A stretch of 64,000 nt of DNA from Balanoglossus misakiensis. Lineage: Eukaryota > Animalia > Hemichordata. Below the pieces are notes generated by a model. It was not told the DNA's origin. It ran no database searches and worked only from the letters and a program-made list of their open reading frames with translations. The translations under genes and the position numbers were made by a program. Shown here in pieces: positions 25,101 to 37,700 of this stretch (within the stretch, counting starts at the first letter, position 1; each line of letters opens with the position of its first letter). The stretch is taken from contig CM082591.2 of NCBI GenBank assembly GCA_040954595.2, positions 6,656,607-6,720,606 on the forward strand, given 5' to 3'.

Positions 25101-28100
25101 CAGCTGTTGTCCTGTGGATGTGTGTTGCTCCCTCATCTGCCAGCGTTATGATCCCTGTCGTTTCTGTATTGACATGCCCGCCGCTTGTTGGGTCTGCACC
25201 ACTCGAAGTCCCAGTTGCCATTGTTGTTTTACCCAGAGAGTTACTCGTGGGCGCAGCCGCGCTGACGTCAGACACAGCCAGGAAAGCGCTGATTGAAAAC
25301 AAATCCGCTGCAGTGCCCTCTACTGTTCGGCTGGCGTAAACAATCGGCAGTTCAACGTTCAAATGGAAGTCATTCTGCCGACCTTGCACAACATCCGGGA
25401 TATAATCTGGGTGAACGCGGAGGGTTGGAGTCCCACTGACGAATGCTTCAAAGAGAAAGAGATTTGACCACGTCATTATGTGGTCGTGTCTATTTTACAG
25501 TTAACAATTATAATAACAAAAGTAACGTGAGTTGGGCAGTTAGCTGTTAAAAAGCAGCCATTGGTTTTACCAACACACAAGTAAAAGCTAAAGTCGTGTG
25601 ATAAGGACAGTGGCTAAAACTGGCCTACTAAAAAGAAGCAAAAAGACCAAGGGCTGGTCAAAGCCAATCCATTTATATACGCACACGTATCTGCCATCGA
25701 TGCCAACAAACAGCAACTATACCGTTTATACACATATTCGCACACAGTGTTATTTTTGTTTAAATATATATTTTAACTGGCAAATAATTGAAAATCAAGC
25801 AGAATATTGTAAAATTGTGTACTGCACAAAAATTGAGACATTCTAATCATCTTGACCATGACAATACTTTTGGTATGAATATATACTAATTTTTATTTAT
25901 TCTTATTAATTTTTTTTATTTATTCACGAACCAACAAGTTGCCCCAATAAAATGAAATAAAATGACTGTACAGAATTCAATAAGACAAAAACCCAGCTGA
26001 ATAACAACAGACAAACAAATGAACGTACTGACAAGACATTGACGTATGCAAGAAAATAGGAATCTGTGATAAACACACAAAAAGCATGATATAGAATATA
26101 GTTATTCAGTAAAAAGGAGACTTTGCATAATGCCTATCGAAAACTGGTGTAGTTACCAAAAATATCAACATGTTACCGGGTCGTGGTTTTACGTATCCAT
26201 GCTTAAATGTTATTCGTTTAAATTCTGATGTATTAATTTGTTTCAAAAAAGTCAAATTATCTGACGTGATCGTTTGCTTCCGTTTTATGTTTATATAACG
26301 TTGAACATGAGAAAATTGAAAATAAATGCATGCAAACTATACGTCCTTCTTCCCAAGTGTTTGGACAAAGGGAAGGGTCTTCGCGCCGCATGGGTGTCCC
26401 CCTTGATGAGAATATGTCCTCCCATACCAGCGCAAACCCCACTGCAGTCGCCACGACCTACAGACTAGGATCTTCAGTTGCTGTCATGCCCTGTCTACGC
26501 TACGGTCGGCTGCTTCGTTCATTCGAAGAATAATCTAATTTCAGGGATTTGTGGATGAATTGTAATGTTTATAAACAAACAAACAAACAAACAACACGCA
26601 AACGCGAGGGAGAACTATTTGATTTCTGGGGTGGTAAGATTTTGGTATGCCAGAATTTATTTTTCAACCGCTATCACAGCAAATGAGTCAACCTTTTTCT
26701 TGAGGGCGTTGCAGCAGGTATTGATTTCCTCGGCACCCTCTGCCAACATTGTTTTCCAAAATCCACCACCCACCCTACGTCCAGAAATTAAATGGTTGTC
26801 CTCTAACCGTGATTAAGATGGACAAAAAAATACATACCAGTAAATAGTCCAACCGCAGCACCACCACCAGCGAGTATCAGCCCTGTGGTGATTAAGACCC
26901 CGATGAAAACCTTCCGCCGCCGTTTTAGGCCCGCCTTGACAACTGTCTGTGGAGCAAACCCAATATATATATTAAGATACAGGAACCACGTATGTTCATT
27001 TAAGAACGAACAATACCGACACGCGACAATGTTAAACAAACACTTGTGGACTCTAAAGGACCAGAAAAGAGTACAGTAAAAAAAGGCGAAAAATAAAACA
27101 CGCAAAACCATATTCTAACATCAGCAAAAATGCAATTTGTGCTAATGGGAGAAATACTTCATCATATGTAGACCAAATATGGACACACTGAACAAACGGA
27201 ACGATCACTTGTCGGGCCGTCTTGACATCTGTCTGTGAACTAAACCCAATATACCTTAGAGAGAGGGGAAAAAGAAAGAGAAACAGACAGAGAGACATAG
27301 AGAGACAGAGAGTGAGAGAGAGAGTGAGAGAGAGATTATGTGTGGCGCTCGTCAACATATGGATTGAAAGGCGGTCGTCGTCTGGTCTGCGGCTAATTGT
27401 ATGGGTTCCATACGACACAGTTTCTAGCAAGATTTTTTGTTTAAAGTCGGCGTACAGTGTAGCTATTACAAAGTACAAAGGTGAAAGCAATGTGTTCGGT
27501 ACTTTGAATTGCATTGTACATGACGGCAAGTTCATCACATTCCAAGTTAATTTGATAAACATTTTGCTTAGCAAGGTCTCCCTGAACACTGAGAACAAGA
27601 CATGAACATGACAGCTATAACATGACAGGAATCCACACTCTGAGATTTCCTTACAAGCCCCGTGTAATCTAAACATTATGCATCACTGTATACATGTAGA
27701 CAGAACAAATTGAATAACTGGGTAGCGACCATAAATTGTTTCACCGGATGTTCACTCTTGTCTCTCTACAAACAGAGTAAAGATCTTACTACAAGCCACG
27801 TGTGATCTAAACATTATGCATCACTGTATACATGTAGACAAAAGTTGTCTCAACATTGAATAACTGGGTAGCGACCATAAATTGTTTCACCAAATGTTCA
27901 CTCTTGTCTCTCTACAAACACAGTAAAGATCTTACTACAAGCCACGTGTGATCTAAACATTATGCATCACTGTATACATGTAGACAAAAGTTGTCTCAAC
28001 ATTGAATAACTGGGTAGCGACCATAAATTGTTTCACCGAATGTTCACTCTTGTCTCTCTACAAACAGAGTAAAGATCTTACTACAAGCCACGTGTGATCT

Positions 28101-28743
28101 AAACATTATGCATCACTGTATACATGTAGGCAAAAGTTGTCTCAACATTGAATAACTGGGTAGCGACCATAAATTGTTTCACCAGATGTTCACTCTAGTC
28201 TCTCTACAAACAGAGTAAAGATTGAGTACTTTAGTATTTTAGCGTGTTTCAACTAGTAAAACACCATGAACAGCTTTTCATTTCAAACAAAATTCATGAA
28301 AAAATGTTCAAAAAGAGCGACTTTATCTCTTTAAGGTATGTTTGAAATTACTCGTGAGGACTATTTTGCCCTGACTGAATCAGCTTGATGTAACCTATTG
28401 AATTCACGCAGCGTTTTCTTACTGACCGATTGAAATTGCTTCATTGATACAGTACATTTCTTACAAACATGTTTAGAGATACCATCAGGTCGACGTTGTA
28501 CCTTAGAGTGAGGGGGAGACAGACAGAGAGACAGACAGAGAGACATAGAGAGACAGGGAGAAAGAGAGGGTTGTCCTAAAGCCGATGACTGAGTGTATGT
28601 TTTCGATGGCGAATATTAAACATTCATATCATGCAGTTATTACAGCCAGATGGTATAATGCGACTACAATTGTACGTTTCAAGTCCATAATCGCGCGGTT
28701 CACTTACCTTGTACCTAAATGGTGCTACTTTATTGTTTTTCAT
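19006..28743 (-). CDS. Multi-exon type II membrane protein (~801 aa): short cytoplasmic N-terminus, TM helix, four copies of an unrecognised Cys/Trp domain, C-type lectin domain, terminal CDDGG Cys-rich (LNR-like) module
   Basis: Hand-spliced exons (-): 28708-28743 ([12 protein letters not shown]), 26838-26946 (KRRRK + [25 protein letters not shown]), 24909-25445, 24182-24592, 23497-23931, 21930-22331, 20811-21090, 20021-20088, 19006-19133. All are GT-AG with compatible phases and total 2406 nt open to TAA. The first exon and possible extra micro-exons in 27200-28510 are less certain. Confidence 0.8.
19540..19887. mobile_element. MITE family A, copy 2 (intronic)
   Basis: TTAA|AGGGACAAAGTCTCTCTCTCG...GAGAGAGACTTTGTCCCT|TTAA. 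Inverted relative to copy 1. Confidence 0.9.
20021..21090 (-). CDS. C-type lectin domain exons (20811-21090 and 20021-20088)
   Basis: Encodes [18 protein letters not shown]...IWLNG...[19 protein letters not shown]|[21 protein letters not shown]. Canonical CTLD Cys pattern, WIGL-like motif, EPD and WDD motifs. Confidence 0.9.
21122..21554. repeat. (CATA)n microsatellite in lectin-gene intron
   Basis: Direct reading. Confidence 0.97.
21712..21856. repeat. 145-bp near-perfect palindrome, probably a non-autonomous transposon remnant
   Basis: AGGGGTTATTACACGA...GCGAAGC...TCGTGTGATAACCCCT with arms of about 65 bp. Confidence 0.8.
22518..22878. mobile_element. MITE family A, copy 3 (intronic)
   Basis: TTAA|AGGGACAAAGTCTCTC...GAGACTTTGTCCCT|GTAA (right TSD mutated). 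Confidence 0.87.
27661..28222. repeat. Tandem repeat, 4 copies of a ~146-bp unit, in the first intron region of the lectin gene
   Basis: Units start at 27661, 27799, 27945 and 28091 (CGTGTGATCTAAACATTATGCATCACTG...). Confidence 0.95.
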
Positions 28744-29674
28744 CTCGGAAGTGAAATAACTTCAGTTTCGTCCCCTTCCTTTCTATCACTGTACAGTGCT
28801 CCACTTTCGGGGAGCGTCTCTGACTTGGGTCGACGTCGACAAGTCTCGCGATGTCAAACAAGTGAATCTAGTTTTATTCTCTGTTTTCAATTTGACACGC
28901 AGCACATTTTGAATATTGCAAAGACTGGGAAGGTTTTGAGGGCTGTTATGTGTTTTTTGTCTGTCACCGACGGGTATACCACCTTGTACACAGAAAGAAA
29001 ATTACTTTGGGTATCAAAACGTAGCCAAGCAACACACATTAAGTTTAGAATTGTGTAAAGCGTACATTTGTTCAGGTAAGAGTATCTTGGTGGGAACCGA
29101 TGAAATATACTATTCACTATTTTAAAAAGAACATATCCCAGCGTATCATGTTTCCATTAAGACTACCGTTAATTGCGTAGGATGCCTCGTAATACATAAT
29201 ATAGCTATTCCTTGGGTAATTGAATAGTATAAATATAATCCACCGATAAATAAGAAGGTCTAACAGTTCGTACTATTCCACTTTGTCCTTAGGTTATGCA
29301 AGATCATTCAAAATGGTTTGCTTTCATAGTATCATGGGGTTCTAAAGGGTGTTAAAATTTGCCACAGGCCTGCCTACTCAAGTTGCTCGCTTCAGTTATC
29401 TTCATTGTTCTTATAGTAGCGAGCCGCATTATCTCAAAGTTGGCAATTTTTAATACACTTTATAATACCACCTTCCTTAATCTCTGTGATATAGCAGTGA
29501 AACTTTAGCTTTGCATTTTACACGTTGAAAGGGGTGTTCAAAAACCAGTCCTTGTACCTCGTCACAGACATGTCCCAGATGTGCTGAATGGTTATTCATA
29601 ATATGCCTGAGGTTTCAAATGTCAATTAACATTCAGGGCGTACTTTCAACCCTGATGTTTCTCATTTCCTTCAG

Positions 29675-29784
29675 GTTTGTGTAAAAACACATGTGATACT
29701 ACTGGAGATAACAAATGTGACGACGGCGGAATAGGCTCCAAATTCAATCAATGCGTTTATGGAACAGACGTTGATTATTATTAA
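29675..29784 (+). pseudogene. Orphan inverted paralog of the CDDGG Cys-rich terminal exon
   Basis: Acceptor ctcatttccttcag|GT (phase 1, as at 19133). Encodes GLCKNTCDTTGDNKCDDGGIGSKFNQCVYGTDVDYY*. It aligns with 19006-19133 but lacks the last two Cys. Confidence 0.65.
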
Positions 29785-30266
29785 TTAATTAATTAACACT
29801 GACAGTCAGTCAGTCAATGGTCACTTTTCCCATCTTCCCAGGTCAGTTTGCCAAGCGTTAACCATATATAAATGCTTATCTGTGATGCGGCAATTAAAAG
29901 TAAAAAATCATGAAAATGACCTAATAATAGTTCCTCTATGTCAGTGATGCAGCCCTCATCTTATAGTCTGAATATCTGTCGCCTGTCCATCGACCGTTCG
30001 TCCGCCGTCACACTGCAATTACCTTTTGAAAAGTTGATGTCCCTGCAGCTTCGACTATTCACCCTGGATGATTTCAGTCAAATGTGTTGCAATCTTGACG
30101 AAATCTGCAGTATTGCATCTTTGGGATACTCTCTGATTTGGTCACAAAATCTTCAACCATCTTCTTCTCGGTACCCTCTAAACTGATTGCTTTGATATAC
30201 TCTAGCATTGCACGTAGTCTATCTGTATGAGGTAGGTTTACAATTTATTCAGATTATTATTATTAA

Positions 30267-30724
30267 GAGTGATACCTTTAAAACAAACATGCTACAAATT
30301 GTAAAATCTCTCAGAATTGAATATTATTTCACCTCGCTTTCAGTTCACAGTGAGGAGAGCCCAGATCTGACTCAAAAATGTCTTTTTTTCGCTGATAAAT
30401 AATAACAAGCTATTTATATCACAAAAATGTCTCTGGTAGATTGGGTGACACCAAAGCGGAGACACGCAGTGATTGCACAATAAATTGTTTTACACAATTG
30501 TATGTATATAGATACACACATACATGGATGCTGGTAGACACAGGAAATATGAAGAATAAAATTGGACGCAAAATTGAATTTAAAAATTCTTTTAATAACA
30601 ATATTGTATCTACACGTCAGTCTAACAGGCTTGTGTTTTCGACTGCAAGCTTTTGAAAATGTAATATTCATAGAATTTTTAATTGAGAGTATTTTGGGAC
30701 GTGCAATGCGTCATGGCGACATCT
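30267..30724. mobile_element. TTAA-flanked dispersed element (family C)
   Basis: TTAA at 30263-30266 and 30725-30728. An inverted copy with the same boundaries is at 51746-52428. Confidence 0.7.
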
Positions 30725-31756
30725 TTAAAGCATTGCATGTAGTCTAGCTGTATGGGGTCGGTTTGCGATTTATTCAATTTGAGACGAAACCAGTCCTCTG
30801 TTAACAATATATTTACCATTTTAGTCAAAATTCGTGTTAAGATCTGCTTGACGATTATTTCCCAGAGTTGGAAAAGTCGTATATTGCACTACTGCTTTTT
30901 CGGAATCTCTCATAAACTGTACACACAACAGGCAAGTGAGTCGAATCCACATTTTGCCCGTCCATGCATTGATACACCCACATAAACACCAATCAGTCCA
31001 TCCATTTATCCATCAAGATTTTGTGTCTCTATTGTCACATGCTTTACTTCTCATACATATAACTTCAGACCACCATATGCTTAGATAGATATTTTATTCA
31101 GTTAATCATTCTTGATTACATGTAATTCGGCATTATCAAGGAAACCCGCAACCAATGAAAATGTTCAGAATGGGCGTATAGTCTTCTCACGTTTCCCTGG
31201 GTAAAGTGGTTCCAAGGTACGTTATGCTGGATAAAACAGGACAAAATGAAAGAAATATTAGGAATATTTTAAAGAAATGAAGTAAGATCAGTTCATCCAT
31301 CCATCATTCCATCCATCAATTAATCAAGCAAGCATTCAATCAATCTGTCAAACATTAATATCAATAATCAGTCTGATAGTAAGTCAGCAGTCAGTCAGTC
31401 TGTCACTCAGTCAGTCAGTCAGTTTAACAATCTTTATTTTCTATATCTATATATTATATTGAACTTGCTCCATCAAACACTAGACAGTCCCTCTTCAATA
31501 CAATTAAATTTGCTCCATCAAACACTATTATTTATCCATTCAACCACTGATCAATGTACATAATCAACTCCAAACAAAAACGGCAAATCAACTCATGTCG
31601 AGCATTTGGTGATTTCCAATTCATGACAATTTCTGGTATCTCGGAGGACTCTTCTGGGGATATTTGGTCATACATATGATGTTACTTATCAGAATATCGA
31701 TTATAGGTGAAATGTTAACAACACATCGCACTTCATTACATAAAATACCCCAGTTA

Positions 31757-34700
31757 TCAAAGTCGCTTCTTACCTCGGGACACATAACCAGCCACATTCC
31801 ACCATATGTCAGCAACTTCTGTGACGCTGCTTCTTATGTAACAGTTCTTTCCTGAGACGCTCCAGGTCCAATTGGTACATTGACCTTCTGCTTGACACAG
31901 TGCACAGCATTGGTCTGATGACTGTATGTTTGGTACTGTTCTAATGGTGGCACCTCGCAGGTCAGTTCCCATGATGGGAGTACAGTCAAATGGGGCTAGA
32001 ACAAAGAAATGAATGTTAATAAAAATATATATAACAAGTTTAATCCTAATAGTGTAATATCAACATAATCCTTATAATTGTCTATACCCATTGAAGAAGT
32101 GATGGTTCAACTTTTCGTATAACCTCTCCTGAACTTGACATTAACAATTGGGGTCACCGCACAAAGTTTCGATTGAGAAAGCTAAATGTATCAAAGTTTC
32201 TTATATTCGTCATTCTAAATTATTTTTTATGCAGTCCACAAACGAATTATGACAAAACACTATTGTATCATAACAAAAGATATATCGCTCCATGAAACTT
32301 TAAATATTTACATTCTAGCATATTTCATATTATTTCAAAGAATGTAGTAGGTAACTATATCGCGGTCAATGGGACAGGTTGCACATATATATCTGTCGTT
32401 ATTTTCGTGTCAATTTATACTGTGTTACTATAAAAGAAAAATGTTTTTATAAACTCCTTCTTAGCATGGTGATAAAAGAGGTCAATACTTGACCCGTACT
32501 GCAAACATGTAATTATGCAATATATTCCACGCAGTCGCCTTTATATAAAATGGAGAACGTCAAGACATAGATATATGCACACATATTTCAGTTAAACGCA
32601 GCTATTTATATGAGAACCATTATTTTAGAAGGAAAATATGTTATGGGTGATACATAATTGCTTTTTTACCTCTGGACACAACGCCGGCAACATTCCACCA
32701 TATTTCAGCAGCCTCTGTGACACTGCTTCTCAAATAACAATTCGTTCCTGTGCTCCAGGTCCAAAAGGTACATTGCAAATTTGCTTGGCATTGAGCACAA
32801 CATCTTTCTGCGTTCGGAACGTTTGCCACTGTTGCCACGTGGGCACCTCGAAGGTCGGTTCCGTCGACGATGGAACATCCCAATTGTTCTAGCAAAGAAG
32901 AGTTAATGCTTAAGTTATATCAATAATTTGTTTATTTCTTGTTAAGAAATGTTTAATTGCGGACTGTGAGGGCGCCCCTCAGTTTACAAGGGGGCTACCG
33001 GCCCTGTGATTGGTGCTTTCCCAATTGGCGGTTTTTAGTACTGTAGGAGTTTTCTGTTTGGCGCCCAGCCACTCAGTTTTTTGGCTTGGCAATATTAGTT
33101 GGTTCGTGTGTCGTTTTCCCTACCCCACCCACCCGTTGGTCGGTGTGGAGTGTGTTACCACATTCAATTAATAAAACACACCCCACTTTCACCCAATCCT
33201 GTGTGTGTGTCGCTTGTTCATTCATAGTAGTAATTATGTGTCTATACCAGTCTCTCTGCCTATCTGTCTGCCTTTCCTTGCTATCAGGTGTATCTCAATT
33301 TTGTTTGAGGCAAGGACTTTAGGGCAAGCAAATGTTCTCCTAAGCATTTTTTACATTTTCAATGACTCGAAATAACGGATCTTATGCTGCGATAGATGCT
33401 CAATAACATTGTGTAAGTACGTCTGTCTATATTACCGGCATGATTGTAAGCTCGTAAAGTCAATATGGCCCATATAAACGTCATGTGAAAACTTTTCAAC
33501 AAAACATGTCACAATAATTATGAAGAGAAGCCGTCGTGAATGTTCACCCGAGTGACGTACCTCATTGGAGAGATGATCTGGCTTCCCTGAAGTATTAACC
33601 ACGGGTTTAGAACGTACAAAACTATGTGTGAACTCACTATTTGGAACCTGCAAAAGTTCGTTGGGTGTTTGTCCACGATGGGGCTCGGGTACTCCAGATA
33701 GATCGATTTTGTTGGACGCCGCAGCGTTCAACAACGCATTTAACACCTCGTTTTGTGTAAGACCATTGTCTTTTTCGAGAAGCAGGGCTGCAACACCTTT
33801 GAAGAAAATATTGAAGAGAAAAACATATCAACACACACGCTTATAGACACGTTGTACCGTCGAATGGGGGTCTATAGCACAATTAATTTGTTTAACGATC
33901 TTATATTCAACTGTCGACTTCACCAATGACGTCATGTGCTACACACCCTGCGTTTTGTGGTCATGATTTCACCATGCCTGAAGATCACCGTTGCCACAGT
34001 TTGAAAACAAACATAATGGGATATTTAGCACAACCGGTACCCAATCAGTGTCATATTAATAGCCAGAGTCACAGTACTGAACATTACATTCCGATAAAGA
34101 ACCACCCAACTTTGTATTGCATGATAGTGTGGAACAATTAACCCACAAGATTTATCCATAATTTGGTAACTTCTGATAGGCAATAGTGGACCACTTTGAT
34201 TTAAATAAATAATTGCACATGTTTAATAGGGTCAAATTCGTTCAAATTTCTTTTGCCGTAGGACACACTAAGATACCCTTACCAGAGACATGGGGCGTGG
34301 CCATCGATGTTCCACTCTTTTGTGTATAGCTTCCATCACCAGCGCGGCTAGCACTTCTGACGTCAGACCCAGGTCCAAGAATGTTGACGCAACGGCCATA
34401 ATTTGAAAACCAGGAGAGGTCATCATCGGATTCTGTTGCTCCCACTGTAATTGCCTGTAAGACATGACCATGGATGATGATAATGATGGTGATGATGATG
34501 ATGGTGATGATGATGATGTTTGATGAAGGCAACCATCTGCAATGTATGGGGTTGATTAATATATCAGACACATGCAAACAGTTATCACCACTAATAATGC
34601 ACAAACCTTGCCCTTAAATTACAAAATTACCAAATTTCAAACTAAGTAATTTATTTCTGCGTGTCACATGGACACTCATTATAGGTTATGCGTTTTGATG

Positions 34701-37700
34701 AAAAGTGCGTCTTTTCATCAAAGCCTTTATTTCCAATTAATGTTGACGTTCGAGGGAAATTCTTGAAGCATGTGTTTAGCTATAGCTCGTTTCATCTAGA
34801 TATATCAAACACGAAATCACCACTTTTCAAACAGCAAAGTTGGCCTTTTTGGTGGAGCGCGCACACACATTAAATTTCACAGTCACAAATGTCTAAAACC
34901 GGGACTTTGTCCCTTAAAATGGTTACAATTGTAACAATGTAAAATGCCAGATTGGTGCTTCTCATAAAGGGTACGCTAATGCGCATAAATATTTTATGCT
35001 TGCACTTTTTACGCGGCGTGCCTTAGCACAGATGTACGCGCCTGTCGAGGAAGCTGACAATAAATGGCAGTACCATATACACCCTTTTCATAAGTCTAGC
35101 GCCCTCATGATTGTGACCCGAGTAGCGACCCGAGTAGCTGGCGCTGACGTCATCCTATTCTAGTTAGCATGCGCATAAGCGTAACCCGGGAGATTTCAAA
35201 CGAACGACGTCTACTTGCAACTCGCGTAAACAGACATGGCGACTGAGTTCGAAGATTTCTTGGTTTTGCGTAATTTTTTTGAAGATTTTGATGAATCTTT
35301 AGATTCTGCGGCAGTTTTGCAACTTCGGATAAATACTGCCATCATTGCCTCTCTGAGCTGTTTTTTTTTTTGCGCCTAAAATACGTTCCGAAGATAAAAA
35401 AATTTGCCTAAGTTATCAAGGAATTTCACAAAACCGTACATACTCTATAAAAAAAAATCTGATCCAGCGCTCGTCGCCTGATTTTGTCGTCGTCACACGT
35501 AAACAATACGACTTTTATTCAAAAATATCCGAAATACGTACACCCTGTACTGTAAAAATTATGAAAATTGCTTTAAAATTAGTGCAATGACATCGTTTAC
35601 CGCGTTTTTCCCCGAAAATAGCAAAAAAACTAATATTTATTTTTACTTACGGTTGCCCTGTCGCCATTTTGTTGAGTTCCAACCCCAGCAACCCTGCTCC
35701 TGACCCGAGACAGGCCCGGGTTAAGTTCAAAGGTCATATGACGTAATTTGCGTCATCAGCGTAGCAACTCGGAGTCGTTCGATTGCAACGCGCGCGACTC
35801 GGGTCGCTACTCGGGTCGCAATCGAACTCGGCCCTAGATGTGATTCGTTAGCTTTCCAAAATGGCCTCGCTTTGAGTTCAAATTCACGATGGCTGCATGA
35901 GGGCGCTACCCTACTGAAAAGGGTGTATTGCACTTTTAGCATTGCTCATATTTCAGGGCGTCATCATTTTCCGTGTAACATACCTCAGGCGCCGATGCGG
36001 GTGACCTCGTGCATGCGTCAGATCCTTGGTTTCCAGCTGCAACAACCACGATATATCCAGCAGTGGTCAAACGCTGAACTGCCAAATTCAAAGCTGCGGA
36101 AGTTCCACCACTCAATGACATAGAAACCACTCCAGGTAACATATCCGAAGCGGCGACGTCATCCATAGCTTTGAGGATAAAATGGTCATAAATTAAACGG
36201 AATGTTGGAACCCCTGTCAAAAATCCCTACTTGTGTCATTGTATTTAAAAGGCCAAACCTGCAAGAACGTAACATTTCTACATATATTGGGTAATTGTAT
36301 AGTTGTTGCAATCGGCTCGCCTCACCTCCAATAATTCCAGCGTTTGACCCGCTACCGCCGCAATCCAAAACTCGTGCTGAGTGTAAAGTAACACCACGTG
36401 CAACTCCGACAGTGCTTCCGCCTATTGTACCAGCCACGTGAGTTCCATGTCCATGACAGTCGTCTCCCTGTTAAATAGTAACCATCGCGTGAATTGTGAA
36501 TGTTAACCAGATGGAACATGAGTGAAATGTAACATTTCTCCATGACAACCTATTCTGTATTCGATACACTGTCGCACCTAACCCACACATATACAAACAT
36601 GTAACCACGTAATGACAATCGATTTGTCCACCAGCCCAGTTGATAGGAATCACATTCATAATTTACACTGAAAATCACAAAATACATGACAAGAAACATC
36701 GTCAATAATGTGCGCTGTATTTTACAACGAACAGTTAACAATCTAAATTGCATATTCATTTATTTAGTTTAGAAACTATATGCTATGGGCTAAAATCTCG
36801 TTTTGATTGGTAGTTCAATTGCAATGCAGTCACACAAGTCTTTTTGATTGTGTGTGTGTTATTTTGGTAACACCGTTATTGATACATAATATTAAAAAAA
36901 ACTTACATTCCATCCGTCCCTGAAGGCATCGGAATAGCGAACTGCTCTCCCACCAAACTCGTTGTGAGAAAAGCGTATACCAGTGTCAAAAACAAAGACA
37001 TTGACACCACTACCATCCCCTGCGGAGGACAGAAACTTACACGTAAGGTTGTTCTAGGTGAACATTTATATAGCCGTGAATTTGATTAAACAATTCCAAT
37101 GGTGGAATTTAAAATGACAGCCAAACTCCTTAGTTATGTACATTCGATTAACGTCAAAATGTTATTGACTTATTCGAGATTATTGTTAACTTCCAATTTA
37201 AGCATAGTTGAACATTAAATTTGGGTTTTAAGGTAATACCTGAAATATAACACATTCATCATCTTCCGGTAAATAAACAGTTTCTGATGGAAGGTAGATT
37301 TTATCAAAGCTGCACTGCCTCATGATATTTGTAAAAGTGCCAAATGTCTTACCATATGGGTACGAGGAATAGAGATTGTCCAAAGGTCGGTCGGTCTGAT
37401 CAATCCTGTCCAAACCCCATTCCACATCTACATGGACTACTTCGTCTTCTTCTACGAATTCGACCTCATCTAGCCAACGGAGCTGCGGCAGATAATAAAT
37501 ATGCAATAAAACATACGGACGGACGGACGGACAGACAGACAGACAGACAGACACAGACATACAGACACACACACATACACACATATATACATAATATAAA
37601 ATAAATAATACATACAATATGGAGTGCGTCTCCTGGAACTCTAGCAACAAAGCCTTTCATCAGTCTGGTGACATTTATTTGAAAGTCAATATGCAATCCA

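Noticed and set aside
27661-28222. CRISPR-like regularly spaced repeats
   Set aside because: Whole 146-bp units repeat with no unique spacers, there are no cas genes, and the context is eukaryotic.
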